Source: the human T2T-CHM13v2.0 reference genome, Homo sapiens
DNA length: 64,000 nucleotides
Assembly (NCBI RefSeq): GCF_009914755.1
Contig: NC_060926.1
Strand: one strand, 5' to 3'
Within the stretch, counting starts at the first letter, position 1, and each line of letters opens with the position of its first letter. The translations under genes and the position numbers were made by a program. Shown one piece after another: positions 47,396 to 64,000 of this stretch. The notes under the pieces are model-generated. The model was not told the DNA's origin and searched no databases. It saw nothing but the letters and a program-made list of their open reading frames with translations.

Positions 47396-47814
47396 TCACA
47401 CCTGCAATCCCAGCACTTTGGGAGGCTGAAGCAGGAGGATTGTTTGAGCCAGGAGTTCAAGGCCACCCTGGGCAACATGGCAAAATCCCATCTCTACAAA
47501 AAATACAACAATTAGCTGGGCCTGGTGGCATGTGACTGTCTGTAGTCCTGGCTTCGTGGCAGGCTGAGCCAAGAGGCTCTCTTGAGCTAGGAGGTTGAAG
47601 CCGCAGTAAGCTGTGATCATACCACTGTACTCCAGCCTGCACAACAGAACAAGACCCTTGTCTTAAAAAAAAAAAAAAAAGACCAAAATGTCCCCTTGCC
47701 ATACTATTTGGATGGCAAGGGGACATTCTGACCAGCTTCAGAAAAAAAGTGAGAGAGTAGCCAGGGAAGGAATCTTGGAATAAAAAGTACAGCTAGAGAA
47801 ATTAAGTGACTTAC

Positions 47815-47898
47815 CTTAATGGCCTCTACTTGTTGGCAAATCATATTCAGTAAAGAATTCCGATCTTCTGTCCATCGAGGTGGTGTTTCGGGAGAATA
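47815..47898 (-). CDS. RGPD6: RGPD exon 17, YSPETPPRWTEDRNSLLNMICQQVEAIK
   Basis: ttcag|TATTCT...ATTAAG|gtaagt; 84 nt; ORF 47704..47931. Confidence 0.93.
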
Positions 47899-47991
47899 CT
47901 GAAAAAAAAAATAAAAATAACAAAACAGCATTTAAAACACTTAGAACAGAAACAATTTCACAATGAAATGATTCCATTCTTTCCTGTTTAC

Positions 47992-48171
47992 CTTGTAACT
48001 TTTACTTGGTGATAGTGAATATTTGGTAGGAGACGGTGTAGAATGTTTTATTTCTGAATCTGCATTTCGCAAAGAACCATTTTTATAGAGAGGACCTCCT
48101 TCACTATAGTCTTCGAGTTCCTGCATGACTGAATTAAGCATCTGTTTTACAGACTCCAGGGGCACAGGCAA
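47992..48171 (-). CDS. RGPD6: RGPD exon 16, LPVPLESVKQMLNSVMQE...SPSKSYK
   Basis: tttag|TTGCCTG...TACAAG|gtaaac; 180 nt; ORF 47941..48171. Confidence 0.93.
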
Positions 48172-49115
48172 CTAAAAATAAAAGACATTAATTAAGGGCT
48201 TTCATTTGCAAAAAATTCCAAAAGTAAAAACTCTAAAATGATATATTTTATCTTATTTACATTTTTGTCACTTTAATAAGCACTTTACACTTTAAATAAT
48301 AATACACGTGAAAGTGTTTTTTAATTATCTTTTTTCTTTGTTTTTCTGTTGTTTTGTATTATTATTTTTATTTTTTTGTCTTTATTCTATTTTTTTCTTC
48401 AGGAACACAGAAAAGTGTTGTACAGTCTAACATCTTCTGATTCTAAAGTCCATGCTCTTTCTATTACTTCTGTTAACCATGATAATTGTAGAGGAATGTT
48501 AACTTGGAAAGCTTTTCCAAGTGAACAAAATAAGTTACTGATGTTTTCTAACTGATTTTCAATGGTGACAGAAATACAGATGCTACAATACACCAGACAA
48601 CATAAATCCTAATAAAAGAGTAGTAACACAAATTAATCAACAAAACACTCAGAAGACTGAACATAATTTAACATCATCATGACAATCTCAAACAGCTGAC
48701 AGCAAGAAAACAAGGGCGTTCATAATGGCTGATGACGATGAGAAGAAATGCTCTTAAGTTGTCAGCAACAACTTTCAATTTCAGCAAAGTTCATTAAGAA
48801 TTAGTCCTGAGGTTATAATATTTGTTTTGATTACACTGCTAAGATAACAAAATCAATGTCTTATCTTAGAAATCTTTTCTAATTCCCCAAGAAGTACTTT
48901 TTAAGAGCATATACCTAGATTCCCAAGTTTAAAAAGACACACCAAACCTAAGACAAAGCAAGCAAATCTAAGCATTTAGACACACGCATCCCTTCTGTGC
49001 ATTAATAACAACATATTACTGAGTATTTTTGAAATTACCAAAATATAAGACCAACGCAAAAACACTGACCAGTGGGTTATCAGTAAGAACGTACATACAA
49101 CAACCTGCTACTTAC

Positions 49116-49262
49116 TTTCTTGACCACTGAAAGATTTGAATCACCGTCATCTATAATCTTTATTAGGTAGTCCCTGGTCTTTGTCAGATAATTTCTGCAT
49201 TCTTCTTGTTCTTCAGGAGAAAGGGCATCATTTTCAATGTCTTCTGCCTTCCTGTGAAAAAT
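49116..49262 (-). CDS. RGPD6: RGPD exon 15, IFHRKAEDIENDALSPEEQEEC...SVVKK
   Basis: tatag|ATTTTTCAC...AAGAAA|gtaagt; 147 nt. Confidence 0.93.
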
Positions 49263-49340
49263 CTATACAAATAGTGCTTTCATGAAATCATTAGCTTTTT
49301 AAAACAAAAAACTTTCAGCTTGGCCACGCATGGTGGCTCA

Positions 49341-49520
<180 letters not shown>

Positions 49521-49524
49521 TTAC

Positions 49525-49662
49525 CAGTGCAAGATTCCAATAAGAAACAACACTTTTTATAGATTCAAAAGCAGTCACAGCATCTTCTATATTTCCATTT
49601 ACTGCATCCAACATAGCAAAAGTTATGTGTGCGTCTTCTTCATATTCAACAATTTCTGATGC
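49525..49662 (-). CDS. RGPD6: RGPD exon 14, ASEIVEYEEDAHITFAMLDAVNG...WNLAL
   Basis: tttag|GCATCAG...GCACTG|gtaagt; 138 nt. Confidence 0.93.
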
Positions 49663-49928
49663 CTAAACACATAGAATAGTTTTTAGTCAAATTGTTTATA
49701 CTCAGAATATAAAACCCAAATGATTTTCCAAAGATTTTATATGATCTTAAGAGACAAACATCTCATTACTCTTCTCTGTCATATCTTATCTGTGAGAGCT
49801 AGTGAATTTAGAAAACAAGATTACCGTTAAATAACAAGGCAATTAATTTAAGCAGTTTATAGCTCCACGTCTTTGTTTATAAACTGGAAATTCCCATCTC
49901 CAATAAATTCATAAAGGAACTCTGTTAC

Positions 49929-50087
49929 CTGAATGTCTACACTATGAAAATGTTTAAACAGAGGATCAATAGGTTCAGGAATACTGTTCTTCTTTATTAT
50001 CTTCAACAATGGCAAAACTTTCTTCCAATAATGAACACTTCTCCCTATGTATTCTAGTTGACCATAAAAAGAATTAAGACCGCTGCC
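49929..50087 (-). CDS. RGPD6: RGPD exon 13, GSGLNSFYGQLEYIGRSVHYWKKVLP...SVDIQ
   Basis: tttag|GGCAGCGG...ATTCAG|gtaaca; 159 nt, in frame. Confidence 0.93.
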
Positions 50088-51009
50088 CTAAAAAAGAAAG
50101 TTAAAAGCACACAACTTTAAGGAACACGCATGATTAGATCTAAAGTTCATTTACAAGTTGTAAGAACTGGCTAAAATTTCAAGTCAAAACCAAATGGTAC
50201 CTCAATAGTCATTTGTTCAACTTCCAAATACTGTAATAACTAAACCACCTTAATACCAGTGAACTCACTGCAACCTCTGCCGTGCAGGTTCAAGCAATTC
50301 TCCTGCCTCAGCTTCCCAAGTAGCTGGGATTACAGGCACCTGCCACCATGTCTGGCTAATTTTGTAGTTTTAGTAGAGTTTTTTTTTGTATTTTTAGCAG
50401 AGACGGGGTTTCACCGTGTTAGCCAGGAATGATCTCGACCTCCTGACCTTGTGATCTGCCCGCCTCGGCCTCCTAACGTGCTGGGATTACAGGTGTGAGC
50501 CACCGCACCCGGCCTCTACACTCAACTTTTAAATGCTTCTAATGATACCACTCTAACGTAGCAATCCAAACTACTTTTTAACAGTTGTCCTTTTTAGATA
50601 GCTGAAACCTGCCTCTTCTGTAGTGTCAGTTTGTTCAAAAGGCTGACCATCTACACCTAATGGTGACACAAAACACACCTTAAATATTTAGAAAGATCTA
50701 TAATGGTCTTACCTACAAAGCCTTGTGCTAATTTTTTTTTTAATTTTCAGGCTGAATAATTATCAGAACTTAATTATTAAGGAATAACAGTAACAGCTCA
50801 GCTAATATGTAACATTCACTGTGTGCCAGGCATTGCTCCTCTAAGTGCTTATATTTAACTACATTAACTATTTTGCAGCAATAAAAAACACATCTGTCAT
50901 AATATGACCAAGCTGCTGTTTTCAGAACAAAAAAACTTTCAATAAAAAGTTCATGATTTTAAAAAATTAAGGTAATGTTCATTAAAAATGCTTATACTTT
51001 AAAACTCAC

Positions 51010-51133
51010 CGTTTTCTGAAGGTATTTTGCCCAATGTACAAGCAGAGCAGGTTGAAGGCCATGTTTTTCCTGGGCTCTTAGAGTGTTTATTTCATGCTGA
51101 ACTAGAAGTCTCAATTTTGCCAAGTTTCCAGGT
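51010..51133 (-). CDS. RGPD6: RGPD exon 12, PGNLAKLRLLVQHEINTLRAQEKHG...LQKT
   Basis: tttag|ACCTGGAAAC...GAAAACG|gtgagt; 124 nt. Confidence 0.93.
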
Positions 51134-51300
51134 CTAAAAAATAGTTCAATTTACTAAAATTGCTTTCTAAATACACAGTTCAGCGCTTACATACATATAT
51201 GTTAATGGGTCACATGACAAATTAAATCTTCACACGAGGATTAAATCCCCGGTAAAACCTACGCACTAAGTGAAAGCAATATTTTTGTTTTACTACTTAC

Positions 51301-51476
51301 ACTGCTTTTCTGTGAATCAGAGTACAAACCGCATCCCACCAAGATTTTTGTCTTTCTGTACAAAGCTGTTTACACACAGGAAAGGGCAGGCATAACGGCT
51401 GATAGGAGCTATGGTGAGAATTACATTTCTCCTTTAATTGTAAGTGGCTGGTATATACTACTCCAAGGAGAAATAC
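51301..51476 (-). CDS. RGPD6: RGPD exon 11, VFLLGVVYTSHLQLKEKC...IHRKAV
   Basis: acag|GTATTTCTC...AAAGCAGT|gtaagt; 176 nt; ORF 51297..51485. Confidence 0.93.
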
Positions 51477-51559
51477 CTGTTTCATTTAAGGAAAAGTTAA
51501 GTTAGAAAAAAAAATTAAACAAAATTCAGAATATTTAATTTGTTAAAATCTTTGCTTAC

Positions 51560-51741
51560 TTCAAGATCTAAAATACATATTGATTCAGGCGCATTTGTTT
51601 CAAGCCTTGAGGTTTCATGGGGCAAACGATGGAAAAGCTGTTTTAGCCATTTTCGGATTCCAGGTAAAGCAGGCAATGAATTCCACTGTAAGCCAAGCCA
51701 AGTAAGATGCTGAAGACTACCATTATGTGCTCGAATAGCAC
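51560..51741 (-). CDS. RGPD6: RGPD exon 10, GAIRAHNGSLQHLTWLGLQW...CILDLE
   Basis: ttcag|GTGCTATT...CTTGAA|gtaagc; 182 nt. Confidence 0.93.
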
Positions 51742-52387
51742 CTGAAATAAAATTTAAAAATTGGCTTAAGGGTTTGAAATTTTTCTTTGTGCCATTAGTT
51801 TTGCCAACATAAACAATTCACATTATATATATCTTAATTATATAACTGCTTTTCTATATCAAAGCTGGAGGGAATTCTATGTTAGGCAAAATCTCATGTT
51901 CTTATTAAATGCATTCTCACTTGATTATTTCTAGAAATTTTAATAAAAATAGTAGTGATGAAGAATGTTTAAGTCCATCTTAAAAAATGACACTGACTAG
52001 AACTCAATAAACCAAAATCAACTGACAAAAGCCAAATAAAGAACACCTAACCTAATAAGAAACCCCAAAACAATGGGTTTTGCTTTAAGTCATTAAAGCA
52101 ATGGAACACCACTATATTAATCCATCGGTACAGTAAAGAAATCTGTTTTTCTACAAGAAAGTCAATATTGAAAATGTTATGCGCAGTCAGGAGTTCGAGA
52201 CCAGCCTGGCCAGCATGGTGAAACTCCGTCTCTACTAAAAATACAAAAAATTAGCCGAGCACGGTGTCACATGCCTATAGTCCCAGCTACTTGGGAGGCC
52301 GAGGCAAGACAATTGCTTGAACCTGGCAGCCGAGATTGCGCCACTGCGCTCCAGCCTGGGTGACAGAGCGAGACTCTGTCTCAAAAA

Positions 52388-52435
52388 CAAGAAAAGAAAA
52401 GAAAAGAAAAGAAAAGAAAAGAAAAGAAAAGAAAA
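52388..52435 (+). repeat. (GAAAA)n pentanucleotide repeat from an Alu tail
   Basis: Direct reading. Confidence 0.95.
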
Positions 52436-52801
52436 GGTTATGCGCTTCTGGAAGCATGAAGAGGTATAATCTTTCTGTCATTTTGGCAATTTGCAAGACT
52501 TAAAGATGTTCATGTCCTTTGTCTCAGTAATTCTGTTTTTAGGTATCTCTATGGAAATAACTTGCAATGAAGACACTTTTTGTTGAAGTTTTTATCAGAG
52601 TATGATTATTAACAGTGGAAAAGTTGAGAAAACTTGGATGCCCAATAACAGAAAGTAGCAAGCAAATTATGACTACTTCATAAAAAAGATTATATTGCCA
52701 ATAAAAGTGATATTTATAGTTTTAATACACAGACTATGGGAGAGAATTCATGAAGGAAGCAAGATAAATCATACATAAACAACCATTTAGATGAAAAATA
52801 T

Positions 52802-53700
<899 letters not shown>

Positions 53701-53868
53701 CAAAAAATACATGCCACCCCCACAGCACCACATTCAAACTCCCCCCAGCCCAACCCACACACAAAAGGAATACAGGAAAATATTAAGTCGTTATTTCTGG
53801 GTAATAAGATTATGGGCAATTTATAAGAATTAAGACGGAGACCATTTCCTCTGAAACATATAACTTAC

Positions 53869-54078
53869 CAACATCGTATCTAGCCAAATCTTCAAGCTCT
53901 GGTTCTTGTACATCAATTTTTCCAATATCATCGCTACCAAGAAAAGATGTATCCTTAGGTGACTGACTAGAAAACAGAGCATCATATAACGCAGACTGCC
54001 CAATTTTGTTGGCAAAAGTTTCAACAACCTCTTTTAAGAAATCTTGCTTGCCACGACTTAAGCTTAGCAACATGTGCC
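53869..54078 (-). CDS. RGPD6: RGPD exon 9, GHMLLSLSRGKQDFLKEVVETFANK...DLARYDV
   Basis: ttcag|GGCACATG...GATGTTG|gtaagt; 210 nt; ORF 53810..54073. Confidence 0.93.
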
Positions 54079-54465
54079 CTGAAAAAAAAATTTAAGTTAT
54101 TTCCATCACTTTAAAAATACAGATTGTATTTGCTCACGTTGTCTCATTTGTATACCCAAAGGGGAAATAACATGATTATTGCAAACCTAACCCTCCAACC
54201 CAAAAAATACAGCTGGACAACAAAATGGGTGCTTATGTAGCAAATGAAAAGAGTACAGGTTTAATATTCTCAGTATCTACATAAGACAGCAGAACGGGGA
54301 AAAAAGACAGGAATGTGTATGAAAAATGCCAAACATATTTGCACTTTAGATGAAAAGGTCTGGATTTAAGTGGCCATAGGAGAACAGGGACAAGCTCTTA
54401 TTCTCTGATCTGATACACTGATTTCTGAACCTGGCTGATCAGAATCCTCCTTTAAACAGCTTTTA

Positions 54466-54820
<355 letters not shown>

Positions 54821-54859
54821 TTATGCCATAGGTTTACAGTAAGCAATCAAAAAATCATA

Positions 54860-55205
54860 GTCCTCGGATAAAGTACTGATACATGCTACAACACAGATGA
54901 ACCTTGAAAACCTTGCTAAATCAAAGAAGCCAGTCACAAAAGACCACATACTATGATTCCATTTATGTGAAATGTTCAGAAGAGGCAAACCTACAGAGAC
55001 AGATTAGCGGTTGCCAAGGCTGAGAGGTTTGGGTAAAATGGGGAGTAACTGCTAATAGGTAAGGAATTCCTCACGGAGTGATGAAAATCTTCTAAAACTG
55101 ACTGTGGTGACAGTGGTAATACTCTATGAACATAGTAAAAGCCACTGAACTGTACACTTTAAATGGGTGAAGCGTATGGTATACGAATTATATTTCAATT
55201 GAACT
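54860..55205 (+). mobile_element. L1M 3' UTR fragment
   Basis: atgaaccttgaaaac...gaagccagtcacaaaagaccacata...ccactgaactgtacactttaaatgggtga. Confidence 0.7.
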
Positions 55206-56199
55206 TTTTTTAAAAACCCTCCTTCGAGTTAATTCTGCTGGGCAATTAGGTTTGGTTACCACTACACAGTTGTGTCTCAGCACACTTACAGAGGCACCCT
55301 CGGAATGCCCAGATCAAAGACATAAAAAAAAGATACAGGCAATTTTTATCTAACTGTGACACCATGCAAAGGCACTTATGAGAGCCCTGCAAGGGTAGAA
55401 GGAAAAGAGAAAAGGGAAAAAGTAGAAAGTCACTTTAAGGACTGAAAGCCTAACTCCCACAAAAAAAGTGGGCTATGGAATAAAAGAGCAATGTGAGCTC
55501 TGGCCAACAGCCTAACTATACACCAAAGCTTATAATAACTTTGATTTAATATTACATCTTGCTCTTTACAAAATTCATCCAATTTTATATCAAAACTGCT
55601 CCTTATAGAAAGCATTATGTTTCTTCAGTTCACTGCTTGATTCAATGGCCATCTAACTACCTTAAAGTTTGTATCTTAGCAAAATCACAGGTAATATGCA
55701 ACAGACCTTTAGGATTCATCCCAAGCCAAAAATGGGGGAAAAAATCCACAAATTCCAAGAGCCTAATATAAGGTAAGTATATATCTTCTATCTTCCTCAC
55801 TATGCTCTCAGCTCTTTAAGACAGATCCGTATCTTCTTCATCTTTATATCCCCACAGCAGTGTTTTTAGAATCAGCTGGTGTTAAATGGTTGGCAAATCA
55901 ATAATTATACTTAGTTCAGGAAGTGACTAAATATTCAGGATAGAGGCTCTAGCAGCCAGATGAAGAAAGAGTTAAGAAATCCTCTCCACATAGGAACAAA
56001 CAATATCAAATATTCATTTTTTTAAAAGAATGTGCTATTTCTTCGCATCTCTTCCATACCTATTGCTCTTAACTGATACGGCAAAAAGAAATAATTTTGA
56101 CAAATTATCTCCTGGACAGATGAAGATTTTATCATAAGATATGCCTTAACAGAAATTCCTTTTTCTTTTTAAATTAAATTAGTTTAATATTACTATTAC

Positions 56200-56287
56200 C
56201 TGATTGGCTCAGTCGGTCACAGGCCATCATTTCCAGCAGATTTTGTCCAGCTTTACCTTCTCTTAATTTAATCTTTGGTCTTGGAAC
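56200..56287 (-). CDS. RGPD6: RGPD exon 8, VPRPKIKLREGKAGQNLLEMMACDRLSQS
   Basis: attag|GTTCCAAGA...AATCAG|gtaata; 88 nt; RANBP2-like translation. Confidence 0.93.
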
Positions 56288-56402
56288 CTAATAATTTTAG
56301 AATCAAAAATCTTAATTTGATGATACCCATACTTCTAATAGTAACATGGTCTTATCTATTACACTGTACTTTTTTTGATAATGAATAAACAGTTAACCAT
56401 TA

Positions 56403-56806
<404 letters not shown>

Positions 56807-58540
56807 TCACACCTGTAATCCCAGCACTTTGGGAGGCCGAGGTGGGGGGATCACTTGAGCCCAGAGTTCAAGACCAGCCTGAACAACACGGTGAGACCCT
56901 ATCTCTAAAAAAAGTTTTTTTTTAATTAGCCAGGCGTGGTGGCACACACCTGTGGTCCCAGCTACTCAGGAGGCTGAGGCAGGAGGATCACTTAAATCCA
57001 GGAGGTCAAGGCTGCAGTGAGCCATGATCATGCCACTGTGCTCCAGCTTGGGCGACAGTGTGAGACCCTATCTCCAAAAAAAGAAAAAAAAAAAAAAAGC
57101 ATACACAGAGCAGCTCTGAGAAATTAGTTTCTACTAAAAGCACATTCATGTTACATTCAGAGAAATGGAAAATTTAATTACATTACTTTTCTACCCTGCA
57201 TAAATAGGACAACAGCAGATGTTGTCCTATTTGAGTAGATATGACACCCTACTTTAAAAAGCACAGGTGAAATGACACTTGGAAATGCCACATTGTAGAT
57301 AACACATTTTCAGAGTATGGATAATAGGGGATAGCACTAGAATAAATGGGACAACCAGGAAATTAAAGAGATCCTCATGCAATAACCTATGGAAGAAAAA
57401 AAAAGCATGATGAATAGAATGGCGAAGGGAAGACGTGACAGCTGCCTTCAAATATTAAAATTATTTTATAAAAGAAATCATCAAAAGAAGAAACAAGACC
57501 AACAGGTAGAAGGCTTGAAGAATATTTTTATTCTATATAAGGAAGTACCAAGAGCCAAACCACCTAAAGATGCACTGGGCTATCTTGAAAAGTAATGAAT
57601 GTCCATCACTGAAAACGTCCAGTCATAGGCAATGCCCGCTTACTAGAAACATGCCAAAAGTAACTATATGGGTGACTAGAGCATCGGCTTTTAATTCTAT
57701 CACCACTTTCTTAATTGGTGGTGGAAATGTAATTTGATACAACCTCTTTAGGGTTAGATATTTGGCAACAGCTCTAAAAATTATAAATGCACAGATATAC
57801 TTTGATACTGCAATTCTTTCAGGAATTCATGGCACAAGTTAATCATTGCTAAATTACTTGAAGTAGCATTTAAAACAAAAGTAAAAGCAAGCTAATGTCC
57901 TGGTTTTAGGACCCTGGTTTTAAAAACTCCAAAACTACAGTACATCCATACAATGGAATAATATGCAAGCATCCAAACTAATGAGAATGCCCTTTATATA
58001 TACTGACATGGAAACATCTCCAAGATACAGTTAATGGAAATAAAGTAAATGCAATGTTCAAATGTTTTCCTCCTTCTTTTAAAGACAGGGGATATATGTG
58101 TGTTTACTTGGAGATGCATAAAACATTTCCTGAAGAACACACAAGAAAGCAATAACATTAGTTTCTTTGGGGGTGGAGAAAGTAAATAACTAGGGAACAG
58201 AAAGGAGTCTTCATAGCATATTCTTAAGAGCCGCCAGAATTTTAAACCATGTATATATAATTCTTTCCAAACATGCTCATTTTTCAAAATATATGATTTA
58301 TGAACCTAAAAGCTTCTGATTTTGAATTTTAGAAATATTCGTATCGCCTATCCTTTTACTCACAAGTTTTCTAAACATCATGTCAAAGTTTGTCATCTAT
58401 ATGTTGAAAAGAGCACACAAAGTAAGAAACAAAATGTTGACATCATTCTTTTTGTTTTCAAACTGACCTCAATTCATAAACCCGGCCTCTTTTACAAAAT
58501 TATTCAACAGTTGAATCTGTGACCAGTTAATTAGTTGTGA

Positions 58541-58891
<351 letters not shown>

Positions 58892-59419
58892 TAAAAGGTT
58901 TCAAGATACTTTGTTAACTACCTAGCTGCAATGCAGATGCACTTACTAGAACCACAGTATTCCTCTGATTAAGAGTCTGAAAATCTTGCCATAAAAGTTA
59001 GCCAATTCTTAAATACCCAAATGCCAGCACATAACCTACATTTTATGCTTATAATCATTTGTTCATTAAGCTTTAAAATAAACTGATCAAATAAAATACA
59101 AGCATCTAAGATGTTTCTATTATATATTCATTCTACAGAAATATGTGGTAGTTAATAAAGACTGAGGTAGGTATCTCTGTGCTGAAGTGGAACAATGAAG
59201 AAACATTTAGAAAAGCAAGGCATCTGGCAATAGGTAAAGCACACCCACACTGAGGCACAATATTTTTTAAAAGCAGAGAAAGAATGTATTGCACATTTGC
59301 ATATGCAAAAAATATTTCTGAACACCCAAGAAACTCCTAACAGTAGCTGTCATCTAGGAAAGGAGACCTGAGTGAATGGATTAAGAGGGAAACTAACTTA
59401 TTATGATTAAAAGTTCACA

Positions 59420-61870
<2,451 letters not shown>

Positions 61871-62327
61871 TCATAAATGTTATATACATGTGTTTCAATT
61901 AACATGTTAAATTGCAATCATATTCTTCTATCATAGGCTATAAAGCCATTGCCCTACGTCTACTTATTAGGATTTTGTCCAAGTAACACATCTTTTTGAA
62001 TCAAGCTTTACCCATAATACGAGATTACATCTTTATCATGTTCCCAAAAATGGCAGAGTAAAAAGATCAAACTCTTCAAATTTGTCTACAAACAAATCAT
62101 GGCAATGCAGGCTTTCGACAAGAGTGCATTCAACATCCCTGTTTCACCAGCCTCACCAGTATTGTGTATGCTTAGTTATTTTCCACTGTATCAAATTGAC
62201 TATTTCATTTTAACTTTAATTCCACAGGTTTGTTCACATATTGTCATTACATACCAGAGCACACCTTCATTTAAAACACATCAAGACTCCGTGAAATGTC
62301 AATTGCTCCTACAAGTGGAAGACTTAC

Positions 62328-62523
62328 CTGAAATGCTATGAGATAGCACAATGCAGCCAGCTCAGAAAGAGCTCGCCATTGAACATTATTACCATGCTGA
62401 CCCATCTTCAAGAGCAGAGAACCAGCATACATATAGAAATGTCCTTTCATTTCTAAGAAAGTAGCTGACAGTTCATCATTTCCACCCAAAGAAGATTTCG
62501 CAGACTGAAGAGCACTATCAAAA
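62328..62523 (-). CDS. RGPD6: RGPD exon 7 (RANBP2-derived), FDSALQSAKSSLGGNDELSATFLEMKG...LIAFQ
   Basis: ttacag|TTTTGAT...TTTCAG|gtaagt; 196 nt; overlaps ORF 62271..62558. Confidence 0.93.
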
Positions 62524-63471
62524 CTGTAATATGAAAATATCAAACAGATGATACACACTTACTGCACTGTGAATAATCATGGTTGATTTAATTCAAAACA
62601 AAATAAAAATTTTATTTCAAGCTTCATCTTCCACATTCAACTTCTAATAATTCTTATTCCCCATGTTATAAATTATGAATCATCTAATGCTTATTTTTAT
62701 CCTGCATACTTCCTATACTTCATGCTTAACCTCTCAAATGATGTCTTATTCCCAGTTATTTCCAGCCCTCCAATCACAGAATAAATATAAGATTAGTGAT
62801 TATAGGTGCACATTTCAAAATAAACCAGGATAAAGTTGGGAGACTATTTTGTAGTTTCTTCCTGATCATATAATTTCATTATTTAATTAACAGTTGTAAT
62901 TTCTCAAATTAGACATACCATTTCCAAATTATAAGTAAATAACTGACAGGTATTTGAGTATCAATACAGCAATTGCTCTTTTTACTATATAGATCATTAC
63001 AGCGTTAAATAAATTGTCTTTTTTTTTTTTTTTTGAGACGGAGTCTCTCACTATCGCCTGGGCTGGAGTGCAATGGCACGATCTAAGCTCACTGCAACCT
63101 CCACCTCCCAGGTTCAAGTGATTCTCCCGACTCAGCCTCCTGAGTAGCTGGGATTACAGGCACCTGCCACCATGCCCCGCTAAACTTTTTTTATATTTTT
63201 AGTAGAGACAGGGTTTCACTATGTTGGCCAGGCTGGTCTCGAACTCCTGACCTCACGATCCGCCCGCCTCAGTTTACCAATGTGCTGGGATTACAGGCAT
63301 GAGCCACTATGTCTGGCCTACTATTTGTAATCTATATTCTAAATTAGTTCTTCTAAATCCTAATGTTTCTCCAAATCCTCACTTTGGAAGAAAAGTAAAA
63401 GCAAAAAGCAAACACTTAAACGTGAAGCATGATTTTAAAGTGGCTTACAATAAAGCAACCAGAGCAAGTGA

Positions 63472-63780
<309 letters not shown>

Positions 63781-64000
63781 TAGTAGAGACAAGGTTTCAC
63801 CATTGTTAGCTGGGATGGTCTCGATCTCCTGACTTCGTGATCCACCCGCCTCGGCCTCCCAAAGTGCTGGGATTACAGGCCTGAGCCACCGCGCCCCGCT
63901 GAGCTGAGTTTTCTAGAGGCTTCATGACATGTAATAGTTTTACAGACTGAAAGAGGAAGTAAATGAGAATCTAGCTATGTTCTATTAAGCGAGACATTAA

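Overview
Human/great-ape genomic DNA, Alu- and L1-rich, from the chromosome 2 RGPD (RANBP2-like and GRIP domain-containing) segmental-duplication family. The minus strand carries the 3' part of one RGPD gene: RANBP2-derived exons 7-20 (62523 to 37921, including a shortened giant exon with two Ran-binding domains) spliced to three GCC2-derived exons (coiled coil plus GRIP domain; 30860 to 20086), then a 3' UTR of about 1.8 kb. All 17 exons have AG/GT ends and one continuous reading frame. The C-terminus (AAVAQDEEENASRSSG*) and an adjacent TTL fragment suggest the 2q13 RGPD5/6/8 subgroup, most likely RGPD6 if the window is reference-oriented; the paralogue cannot be fixed without alignment. This is a known gene family, not a new system, but the history of the chimeric gene is readable in the sequence. 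Visible features are the likely RANBP2-GCC2 fusion junction (a broken RANBP2 exon joined to half an Alu at about 34522), former coding sequence reused as a splice acceptor, two intact in-frame cassette exons in the fusion intron, a MIR-derived alternative last exon, a Trp-to-stop truncation of the GCC2 tail, an orphan TTL exon next to a chimeric Alu, and a duplicated, decayed RPS3A retrocopy. Comparisons with RANBP2, GCC2, TTL, RPS3A and repeat consensus sequences are from memory and need alignment to confirm.
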